Source: Agriterribacter sp.
GTDB taxonomy: Bacteria; Bacteroidota; Bacteroidia; Chitinophagales; Chitinophagaceae
Assembly (NCBI RefSeq): GCF_035444585.1
Contig: NZ_DAOMOZ010000001.1
Span: forward strand, 1,618 to 65,617
DNA: 64,000 nt
Direction: 5' to 3'
How positions within the stretch are numbered: the first letter of the stretch is position 1; the number at the start of each line of letters is the position of its first letter. The translations under genes were made by a program, and so were the position numbers. Below, piece by piece: positions 10,543-18,867 of this stretch. Below the pieces are notes generated by a model that saw nothing but the letters and a program-made list of their open reading frames with translations, ran no database searches and was not told the origin of the DNA.

Positions 10543-11631
10543 TCATTTTAACGAATTACCGTATCCAACCAGCAATACAGCTATTATTATAGTTACAATT
10601 CCCAGTGTGATCATGGTTTTGGTTTTGGCATTTACCCCTTTCCATTCTTTCAGCACAATGCCCCAAAAGTTGGCTATTAAAATAATAAACGCCATATGCA
10701 GTATCCAGGAACTGGCGCCATTACCCATTTTACTTTCGCCCATGCCGTAAAAGAAAAACTGCAGAAACCAGGTAATGCCGGCCAAAGCAGAGAAAAAATA
10801 ATTAGACAGTAGTGGTGTTTTTGCATTCGTATAATCTCCAAAGGTTTTATTGCGTGTATTTAAGATCATACACCAAATAAAATTGGTAGTAAGTCCCCCC
10901 CAGAGTATTACAACGAAAATTACGTTATTCTGGAACAAGAATTCGCCTTGCCCGGGGTGTGCTGTTTTCCATATTTCATTGGCGGTATGCGCCATTGACT
11001 TTCCCGATTCTATGCCAAAATTAAAGCAGGCACTTAGGATACCGGATACAATGGATACCAGTAAACCCAGCCCAAACTTGTATTCGGTCTTCTGCTTTAT
11101 ATCCTGTGCGTTGTTTCCCGAACGGGCAAGCTCTTTTTCTTTCCATGTTCCCGCTTTGCCGCAAAGAACAGTGCCCAGTATACACACTGCCAGTCCGGCC
11201 AGTACATACAGCCCCCATGTGGAATGGATCAGCATACTGAAAGTGTCTTTACCTTCTTTAGGGAAAAAATTATAGTATATGGAAGGGATAAGTGACCCGA
11301 AAACCATGGTTAACCCCAGGATGATGCTGGTACCCAGCGAAATGCCTAAGTAACGTACACCCAATCCATAGGTCAATCCTCCGATGCCCCAAAGCACGCC
11401 AAACAAATAAGTAATGCCTAAAATACTGCCATCAGTGCTTTTAATGATTTCGGCAAAACCGGGAATCGTTAAATAAGCAGCCAGCGGGGGAACGATTAAC
11501 CATGAAAAAATGCCGCCTGCTATCCAGTAGCTTTCCCATGCCCAGCCCTTGACTTTCTTAAACGGTGTATAAAAACTGCCTGACGCGAAACCTCCTATAA
11601 AATGATAAACAATTCCTAAAATTACCTGCAT
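10543..11631 (-). CDS. rhaT: L-rhamnose/proton symporter
   Basis: GSFYTPFKKVKGWAWESYW, LWGIGGLTYGLGVRYLG and WFLQFFFYGMG; multi-TM. Confidence 0.93.
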   Translation of the reverse strand: MQVILGIVYHFIGGFASGSFYTPFKKVKGWAWESYWIAGGIFSWLIVPPLAAYLTIPGFAEIIKSTDGSILGITYLFGVLWGIGGLTYGLGVRYLGISLGTSIILGLTMVFGSLIPSIYYNFFPKEGKDTFSMLIHSTWGLYVLAGLAVCILGTVLCGKAGTWKEKELARSGNNAQDIKQKTEYKFGLGLLVSIVSGILSACFNFGIESGKSMAHTANEIWKTAHPGQGEFLFQNNVIFVVILWGGLTTNFIWCMILNTRNKTFGDYTNAKTPLLSNYFFSALAGITWFLQFFFYGMGESKMGNGASSWILHMAFIILIANFWGIVLKEWKGVNAKTKTMITLGIVTIIIAVLLVGYGNSLK

Positions 11632-11668
11632 TCATTTGTCTTTTCAAGTGGTGGAAACAATCTGTGGT

Positions 11669-11718
11669 CAAAAGTATACCATAGCCTTGTTAAAGCTGTC
11701 ATGTGCTGTCATGTGCTG
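11669..11718 (-). promoter_or_regulatory. Putative rha operon promoter (-7 box TACTTTTG) with upstream 10-bp direct repeat (candidate operator)
   Basis: caaaagta at 11669-11676 reads TAnnTTTG on the minus strand; gctgtcatgt x2 plus gctg at 11695-11718. Confidence 0.55.
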
Positions 11719-11971
11719 GCGGTTAACCGATATACAGAAAGCAATGGCGGATTTAATGCGCATTCAGAAAGCTGTTGTAACTCATGCCTCAAAAATGGAC
11801 ACATTTTTGCGAAAGTCTTTTATAGCAGAACTGGTTATGAAATCACATAAAAAAAAGACGGATTTGTATACAATAATGATCAGCAGCTTTTGTTATTTCA
11901 GACATTATTATGCAATTTACACTCAGGCTGTGATCAAACTGAAGCGCCTTCATTTCAATTCACCCGGACTT

Positions 11972-13669
11972 ATGATAAAGAAGTGCTGTACATACTTATG
12001 CCGGATACTCCTGCCGGCAGTGTTCCTGTTTTCGTGTAATGAAACCTCCCAGAAGCCTAAAAATGTAGAGATTGTGCGCAAGCCGGAAAACCTGAACAGG
12101 AAGACCGGTGAAAACATTGTTATCGGTATTGCTTTTGCCTCGGAGAATGATGGAAAGCTTTATGACAGTTTATCGTTTAGCATGCTGCCGGCCGTTAAGG
12201 CCTGGTACAATACACGCGATTCGCAGCGCACGTGGAGCAATCGTGAAGAATGGTTATGGATTGCCGATTCATTGTATACATTCATCAGGCATAGCGAAAG
12301 ATATGGTTTGTTTCCCTCCGATTATCATCTGCACCCGTTAAACCTCATATATCACGAGCTAAAAACGGATTCTCTTGCGATGCTTGATGCGGCCATGTGG
12401 GCACGTGCCGACCTTTTATTTACCGATGCATTTATGCAAATAGCAAAAGATATTAAATTAGGAAGGCTCACAACAGACAGCGTTACACTCAGGAAAGATA
12501 CTTTGCTTACGGATTCCTTTTATATATCGCTGCTAAAAAATGTATTTGAAAAAAAAGAATTGACGCAGCTCCTTGAAGAACTTGAGCCGCGCCATGAAGG
12601 GTATATGCAGCTAAGGACGGCATTGAGGAATTTTATTGATTCAATGGACAGAACGAACTATACTTACCTGTCTTATCCCTTTGAAATTCCATCGGATTCA
12701 ATAGCGTTCCTTAAAAACCTGCAAACCCGTTTGTATGAAAGCGGATTTTTGCCGTTTAATGATAGGCCTGCGGATACTTCAGAATTAACCGCTGCAGTAA
12801 AAGCATACCAGGCACAAAATGATCTTAAGGTAGATGGTATAGCCGGCCCAATGGTAGTTAAATCACTCAATGATAACGACCAGGAAAAATTTAAGACCGT
12901 AGCCATTAACTTAGATCGTTACAAGCAATTGCCTGATACCATGCCGGCGCGGTATGTGTGGGTAAATATCCCTTCGTACCGGTTACGTTTATGGGATACC
13001 GATACATTAAAACTCGAATCAAAAATAATTGTGGGCAGGCCGCTGACAAGAACTCCGCTGCTTAACAGTACCCTTACTAATTTTATTGTCTTTCCTCAAT
13101 GGACAGTGCCTTTTAGTATTATATTTAAGGAAATGCTGCCTAAAATCCGTGAAGATGTGGGATATCTTGATGAGCAAAACCTGATGGTAGTTGACAAAAA
13201 TGACAGTATAATAGCGCCCGACAGTATTAACTGGTTCCGGCTGAATAAAAAATATTTCCCTTATTTACTGAAGCAACGCGAAGGCGATGACAATTCGCTG
13301 GGTGTAATTAAGTTTAATTTCAGGAACAAGTATAGTGTATACCTGCATGATACAAATGCCCGCTGGCTCTTTTCAAAAACGAACAGGGCGCTCAGTCATG
13401 GTTGTGTGCGGGTACAGCAATGGCAAAAATTATCTGACTACCTGGTAAAAAACGATAGCATCCGTTATAAGCCGGATACCCTTGCCGCATGGATGAAAAG
13501 GAAAGAAAAACACACCGTTAATTTCTCCCGCAAAATACCCATATTTATCCGCTACTTTACCTGCGAAGCAAGAGATGGGAAAGTGGTTTTTTTTGACGAC
13601 GTTTATGCCGAAGATAAGATCGCAAGGCAAAACTGGTTTAGCAATAAACATACCCTGTTAACGTTATAG
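11972..13669 (+). CDS. L,D-transpeptidase family protein (YcbB/LdtD-like) with peptidoglycan-binding domain
   Basis: Lipobox-like LFSC; AVKAYQ...LKVDGIAGP PG-binding segment; VYLHDT...SHGCVRV catalytic motif; start moved to MIKKCC. Confidence 0.9.
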   Translation: MIKKCCTYLCRILLPAVFLFSCNETSQKPKNVEIVRKPENLNRKTGENIVIGIAFASENDGKLYDSLSFSMLPAVKAWYNTRDSQRTWSNREEWLWIADSLYTFIRHSERYGLFPSDYHLHPLNLIYHELKTDSLAMLDAAMWARADLLFTDAFMQIAKDIKLGRLTTDSVTLRKDTLLTDSFYISLLKNVFEKKELTQLLEELEPRHEGYMQLRTALRNFIDSMDRTNYTYLSYPFEIPSDSIAFLKNLQTRLYESGFLPFNDRPADTSELTAAVKAYQAQNDLKVDGIAGPMVVKSLNDNDQEKFKTVAINLDRYKQLPDTMPARYVWVNIPSYRLRLWDTDTLKLESKIIVGRPLTRTPLLNSTLTNFIVFPQWTVPFSIIFKEMLPKIREDVGYLDEQNLMVVDKNDSIIAPDSINWFRLNKKYFPYLLKQREGDDNSLGVIKFNFRNKYSVYLHDTNARWLFSKTNRALSHGCVRVQQWQKLSDYLVKNDSIRYKPDTLAAWMKRKEKHTVNFSRKIPIFIRYFTCEARDGKVVFFDDVYAEDKIARQNWFSNKHTLLTL

Positions 13670-13830
13670 CCGCTGGGTTTCGCGTAACTATCCGGGTAAA
13701 TCAGTTGATTGATGCCCCGGTTATTTGTTTATATGTATCACCACCATCGTATGGGATAAGACCAGTGAAAATAATTATGGTCTCAGATTTGCAGAATTAT
13801 TCCCGCTCTGCTGTCAGAAAACCGGTTGCA

Positions 13831-14220
13831 ATGAAACAATTCCTGCTAGTGTTTATCTCTCTTTGCATTTGTACATGGGCAACGGCTCAGCATGCTGCTG
13901 CAAAGAAAGCAGCTAAATATCCGGCAGTTCAGCAGGGGATAGCCAGTTTTTACGCGGATAAATTTCATGGAAGGCTTATGGCCAATGGGAAAAAGTATGA
14001 TAAGCATAAACTGACGGCAGCGAGTAATCGCTTTGCCCTGGGTACGTGGGTAAAAGTAAGCAACCTTTCAAATAAAAAAATCGTCATAGTTCAAATTACC
14101 GACCGTATGCACCCCAAAAACAAGCGGCTTATTGATCTTTCAAAAGCAGCTGCAAAAAAACTGGCTTTTTTAAGAAAAGGGCTTACAAAAGTAAAGGTTG
14201 AGGTCATTTTAAAGCCATAA
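13831..14220 (+). CDS. rlpA: Septal ring lytic transglycosylase RlpA family (DPBB domain)
   Basis: GIASFY, ANGKKYD, LTAAS, ITDR and IDLSKAAA motifs; signal peptide. Confidence 0.88.
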   Translation: MKQFLLVFISLCICTWATAQHAAAKKAAKYPAVQQGIASFYADKFHGRLMANGKKYDKHKLTAASNRFALGTWVKVSNLSNKKIVIVQITDRMHPKNKRLIDLSKAAAKKLAFLRKGLTKVKVEVILKP

Positions 14221-14314
14221 CACACTGATGAACAGTGTGACAAACATCATAAATAATTTGATTGTTATTTATCATCCGCATACCTTTATACAACTTTTAA
14301 TCAAAATACATTTT

Positions 14315-15658
14315 ATGAGAAAACCGTTATTGAGCTTATTGGCAATATGCCTGTTCAGCACCGCTTTCACCCAGGAAAATGCCATAAAAAATCCTTACAA
14401 AAAGAAACCGGCATTTGGCTTTTCATTTACTTTTCATGATTTTCAAACTGCGCAGGATTTAAAGAACACCTCACTTAATCAGGTTCTGAAAGACAAGCAA
14501 TGGTATAAAACAGGGCGTATGAGTCCCGGTTTAGCGCTGTCTTATTTTCAGGGACTCACCGATCATCTTGATTTCATGGCCCGGTTGGGGGGAACTTTTA
14601 CCGGATATCCTGTGCCGGATAAGCCACAGGGCGGTAACGACAAACTGTTGGCCGAGTTAGACGCGAATATCAATGCGAAGCTGCTGAGCGACAGGTATTG
14701 GGTTACCCCTTATTTAACCGCCGGTATTGGCGGCTCTCAATGGAATGGTTATTGGGGCGCCTATGTGCCACTGGGTTTGGGTGTGCAGGTTAATCTGTTA
14801 GACCAGGCTTTTATTAATTTTAATGCGCAATACCGCGTTGCTGTAACTACAGCAACCACTGCCAATCATTTGTTTTACAGCCTGGGAGTTGCGGGTTCTT
14901 TGTTTGACAAAAAGGAGCCTAAAGCTATTCCACCGCCGCCGCCACCGGCAGATACAGACAATGATGGTATTGTGGACTCTTTGGATGCCTGCCCGGATGT
15001 TGCTGGTTTGGCCCGGTTCAATGGCTGTCCTGATACCGATGGAGACGGTATTCCGGATAAGGATGATAAATGCCCTAACATAAAGGGACTTGAAAAATAC
15101 GATGGTTGTCCGATACCCGATACCGATAGCGACGGAATAAATGATGAAGAAGACAAATGCCCTAACGAAGCGGGTATAGCCAAATACCAGGGTTGCCCTG
15201 TACCGGATACCGATGGAGATGGTGTAAATGATGAAGAAGATAAGTGTCCTGCGCTGGCCGGACCCGCAAGCAATCAGGGTTGCCCCGAAATTAAGGAAGA
15301 AGTGAAGAAACGTATTGATGTGGCAGCGAAGAATGTATTTTTTGCTACAGGTAGCTCCAAACTCCTGGCAAAATCGTTCAAATCGCTTGATGAAGTAGCC
15401 AAAATCCTCAATGAAGATCCCAATCTCAAATTAGATGTAGAAGGACATACCGATAACACCGGCAAGCCGGATAGAAACCAGATCCTGAGTGAGCAGAGAG
15501 CCCAGTCTGTGGTGGATTATCTAACTACAAAGAGCGGTGTTGATCCATCGCGCCTTATATCCGCAGGCTTTGGTCAGGACCAGCCTGTAGCTGATAATAA
15601 AACAGCAGCGGGTCGTGCTAAAAACCGTCGGGTAGACCTGAAACTACACTATAATTAA
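14315..15658 (+). CDS. OmpA-family outer membrane protein with thrombospondin type-3-like Ca-binding repeats
   Basis: Signal peptide, barrel-like N-terminus, poly-Pro linker, four DxDxDGxxDxxDxCP repeats, and EGHTD, LSEQRA, NRRV OmpA motifs. Confidence 0.92.
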   Translation: MRKPLLSLLAICLFSTAFTQENAIKNPYKKKPAFGFSFTFHDFQTAQDLKNTSLNQVLKDKQWYKTGRMSPGLALSYFQGLTDHLDFMARLGGTFTGYPVPDKPQGGNDKLLAELDANINAKLLSDRYWVTPYLTAGIGGSQWNGYWGAYVPLGLGVQVNLLDQAFINFNAQYRVAVTTATTANHLFYSLGVAGSLFDKKEPKAIPPPPPPADTDNDGIVDSLDACPDVAGLARFNGCPDTDGDGIPDKDDKCPNIKGLEKYDGCPIPDTDSDGINDEEDKCPNEAGIAKYQGCPVPDTDGDGVNDEEDKCPALAGPASNQGCPEIKEEVKKRIDVAAKNVFFATGSSKLLAKSFKSLDEVAKILNEDPNLKLDVEGHTDNTGKPDRNQILSEQRAQSVVDYLTTKSGVDPSRLISAGFGQDQPVADNKTAAGRAKNRRVDLKLHYN

Positions 15659-15683
15659 ATTGACTATAAATTTCTGAAGATTG

Positions 15684-15713
15684 AAGAACCCCGGCCAGCG
15701 AGCCGGGGTTCTT
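15684..15713. terminator. Hairpin terminator between convergent ompA and small lipoprotein genes
   Basis: Perfect 12-bp stem aagaaccccggc / gccggggttctt. Confidence 0.75.
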
Positions 15714-15869
15714 TGTGTGGTGCAACAACAGGAAGGGAAATAGACGCAGCAGGGAACCTGTCACTTTCCGACAGTTGTACATACCAACTCCTGCGTTGCT
15801 GCCTGAACGAGAAATAAAAAAGGTTACCGAAGCGATAACCTTTATAAAATAATATAAAAAGCAAAAAGC

Positions 15870-15986
15870 TTATCTGTAACCAACCATTCCTTGTGTAGCT
15901 TTACATCCTCCTCTGGAGGAGGTGCAGGAAGCAAAAGCAGCACCCAAAGTAATAACGAGCAGAGCGATAGCGAAAACTTTTTTCAT
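15870..15986 (-). CDS. Tiny predicted lipoprotein (38 aa)
   Basis: MKKVFAIALLVITLGAAFAS-C signal II; mature CTSSRGGCKATQGMVGYR. Confidence 0.7.
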   Translation of the reverse strand: MKKVFAIALLVITLGAAFASCTSSRGGCKATQGMVGYR

Positions 15987-16252
15987 TTTTGAAGTTTTTA
16001 GGTAAAACAATAACATTTTCCAAGCATGGTGCCCGTAGGAGTAGGAGATAATGTTATTCTTCAAAAGGGGAATTGGAAATACACAGAATGTACTTAGCGA
16101 GATGTGCAAATAAACAAACATTACCCTGAATAAACAAATTTTATAAATTGCTTTTCTTTGGAAGCAAAATTGTTTGACTTATGTTAACAGAACGCCAATA
16201 GTATTATAATTTTAGCTATTTTGCCGCATCAAAACAATTATTGTTCACGCTT

Positions 16253-17023
16253 ATGCCATTACAATTAACCCGCCCGTTGGCTGTTATTGACCTGGAAACG
16301 ACCGGAACGAACCTGGCGGTTGACCGTATTGTTGAATTAGCTATAGTAAAAGTGCAGCCAGACGGTAGCCGGGTAGTGAAGAGAAAGCTGGTTAATCCTC
16401 AGATGCCGATTCCTAAAGCATCTTCCGATGTGCATGGCATCACCGATGATATGGTTAAGGATGCACCTTCTTTTAAACAGATCGCCAATGAAATACGCCA
16501 GTTTTTATACAACTGTGATTTGGCAGGATACAATTCCAACCGTTTTGATATTCCTATGCTGGTAGAAGAATTCTTGCGTTCGGGGCTGGAATTTGATGTT
16601 ACCAACCGGCATTTACTGGACGTTCAAAAGCTTTATCATATGATGGAGCCGCGCACATTGAGTGCAGCGTATAAATTTTATTGCGGGAAAGATCTTGATA
16701 ACGCGCATAGTGCTGAGGCAGATGCTGTCGCAACTTTTGAAATACTGGAGTCGCAATTGGAGAAATATACCCAGGTGGGTACAACTGTGGAATCGGTTAT
16801 TAAGTTTACCGGACAGGAACAAATTGTGGATTTCGCCCGGCGTTTTATCATGGAAAATGAAATAGAAATCTTTAATTTCGGAAAACATAAGGGTAGGCCT
16901 GTAACCGAAGTGCTTAAAGCTGAACCTCAGTATTACGATTGGATGATGAAGGGCGATTTTCCTATGCATACCAAACAAAAGCTTACCGAAATTCTTAACC
17001 GGACCTTGTTAAAGAAAGCGTAA
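16253..17023 (+). CDS. DEDDh 3'-5' exonuclease (DNA polymerase III epsilon-like)
   Basis: DLETTG, YNSNRFD and HSAEAD exonuclease motifs; C-terminal FNFGKHKG. Confidence 0.9.
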   Translation: MPLQLTRPLAVIDLETTGTNLAVDRIVELAIVKVQPDGSRVVKRKLVNPQMPIPKASSDVHGITDDMVKDAPSFKQIANEIRQFLYNCDLAGYNSNRFDIPMLVEEFLRSGLEFDVTNRHLLDVQKLYHMMEPRTLSAAYKFYCGKDLDNAHSAEADAVATFEILESQLEKYTQVGTTVESVIKFTGQEQIVDFARRFIMENEIEIFNFGKHKGRPVTEVLKAEPQYYDWMMKGDFPMHTKQKLTEILNRTLLKKA

Positions 17024-17081
17024 ATTCATTTTTAAAAAAAGAGCATAAAGTAATTTTATAGTACAAAAAATACAATCTCTG

Positions 17082-17861
17082 TTGGAAAAGCTGGTGGTCA
17101 TACCTACTTACAATGAAAATGAAAATATAAAGTCCATCCTTCACGCTATTTTCGGAATGGATCTTAATTTTCATGTGCTGGTTGTTGATGATAATTCCCC
17201 CGATGGTACTGCCGCTTTGGTGCGGGAAATGCAAAAAGGGTATCCTGGTCAGTTGTTCCTCCGGGTACGTGAAGGTAAACAGGGGCTGGGCACTGCCTAT
17301 ATTGACGGGTTCAAATGGGCAATAGACAGGGGGTACCGGTATATTTTTGAAATGGATGCCGATTTCTCTCATAATCCTGAAGACCTTGAACGATTGTACC
17401 AGGCATGCGCATACAGAGCCGATGTTGTGGTTGGTTCACGGTATGTAAAAGGAGGCAAAACAGTAAACTGGAGCCGCTACAGGAACATACTTTCCAAGGG
17501 CGGGGCATTGTATACACGTATTTTAACCTGGATGCCCGTTAAAGATCCCACGGCGGGCTTCATCTGTTACAGAAAAGAAGTGCTGGAAACCATTAATTTC
17601 GATCAGATCAATTTCGTCGGGTATGCTTTCCAGATAGAAATGAAATTTGCCGCATGGAAACTTGGCTTTAAGGTTGTTGAAATACCTATCACCTTTGTTG
17701 ACCGCAAATTCGGTACCTCAAAAATGAATAAGAATATTGTAAAAGAAGGTATATTGGGAGTGCTTAAGATACAGTGGCAAAGCATGTTTAAAAATTACCG
17801 CAGAAAAGTACGTAATAGTTTTATTCCCACATCAACGCTCCGGGCTGAGGTATTGAGTTAA
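17082..17861 (+). CDS. Polyprenol monophosphomannose synthase (GT2, DPM1-like)
   Basis: VIPTYNE, VDDNSPDGT, EMDADFSH and GYAFQIEMK motifs; TTG start. Confidence 0.9.
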   Translation: MEKLVVIPTYNENENIKSILHAIFGMDLNFHVLVVDDNSPDGTAALVREMQKGYPGQLFLRVREGKQGLGTAYIDGFKWAIDRGYRYIFEMDADFSHNPEDLERLYQACAYRADVVVGSRYVKGGKTVNWSRYRNILSKGGALYTRILTWMPVKDPTAGFICYRKEVLETINFDQINFVGYAFQIEMKFAAWKLGFKVVEIPITFVDRKFGTSKMNKNIVKEGILGVLKIQWQSMFKNYRRKVRNSFIPTSTLRAEVLS

Positions 17862-17948
17862 AGAGGTATTGAGTTAAATCTGTGCTGCCCGTAGAGTGCG
17901 TGTTACAGAAGTGTGCTTCCGTGTGTATTGACTAATTTTATTTTTTTA

Positions 17949-18818
17949 ATGAAGAAGGCTTTATTGTCTTTACATGCAGCAATATTCCTGGCAGGTTTTT
18001 CGGGCATACTGGGCAGGCTTATAACATTAAACGAAGGATTACTGGTATGGTGGCGGCTTTTTATCACCTCATGTACCCTCGCAATGATCTTTTTGTTTAC
18101 GGGCGGCTTGCAGAAAGTTGCCCTTTCTTTGCATTTGCGTATACTTGCAACGGGCGCTGTTGTTGCTTTGCACTGGGTGCTTTTTTATGGCAGTATTAAA
18201 TATGCCAATGTATCTGTTGCCCTGGTGTGTTTTTCTGCCATTGGTTTTTTTTCTGCTTTCCTGGAGCCGTTGATACTGCATAGAAAAATAGATTGGGTTG
18301 AAGTGCTGTACGGCACATTGGCCATTGCAGGGATCTGGTTGATCTTTCATTTCGATAAGCAATATAAACTGGGGATACTGCTGGGCATTATCTCTTCATT
18401 GTTTGCCGCCTTATTTCCTGTGCTCAATAAAAAAATAATTAGGCATATATCTCCTCAAAGCCTTACGTTTTATGAGCTTACAGGCGGGCTCATTGTATTA
18501 ACTTTAAGCATGCCTTTTTACCTCGGCTTTTTTCCGGAAGATCATGTCATGCCTACTGCCGGAGATTTTCTCTGGCTGCTGGTATTGGGTTGGTTTTGTA
18601 CAGTCCTTGCTTTTAACCTGTCGCTTCAGGCATTGAAAAAAATATCCCCCTTTACTGTAAACCTCAGCTATAATCTTGAGCCGGTATATGGTATTATACT
18701 CGCCTTTATTGTGTATGATGAGCATGAATATTTAAGCAGTGGTTTTTATTGCGGATTGTCATTGATATTGTTAACAGTAGCTTTGCAAACCCGGAGGCTG
18801 TACTACAGGAGGGCATGA
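17949..18818 (+). CDS. DMT/EamA family transporter
   Basis: About 10 TM helices in two repeats; NLEPVYGI motif. Confidence 0.85.
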   Translation: MKKALLSLHAAIFLAGFSGILGRLITLNEGLLVWWRLFITSCTLAMIFLFTGGLQKVALSLHLRILATGAVVALHWVLFYGSIKYANVSVALVCFSAIGFFSAFLEPLILHRKIDWVEVLYGTLAIAGIWLIFHFDKQYKLGILLGIISSLFAALFPVLNKKIIRHISPQSLTFYELTGGLIVLTLSMPFYLGFFPEDHVMPTAGDFLWLLVLGWFCTVLAFNLSLQALKKISPFTVNLSYNLEPVYGIILAFIVYDEHEYLSSGFYCGLSLILLTVALQTRRLYYRRA

Positions 18819-18867
18819 AAGAAGTTTAATCTTATCTTGCGAACTGATCAGAAAAATATAAAAGAAT

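Noticed and set aside
11636-11971. N-terminal extensions in the ORF track (also 26773-27075, 13705-13830, 14228-14314, 6544-6606)
   Set aside because: Signal peptides or family starts begin at downstream ATGs, and the extensions cover intergenic or promoter DNA.
14945-15285. DNA repeats inside ompA
   Set aside because: Explained by the encoded DxDxDG...CP calcium-binding repeats, which are common in Bacteroidota OmpA proteins.
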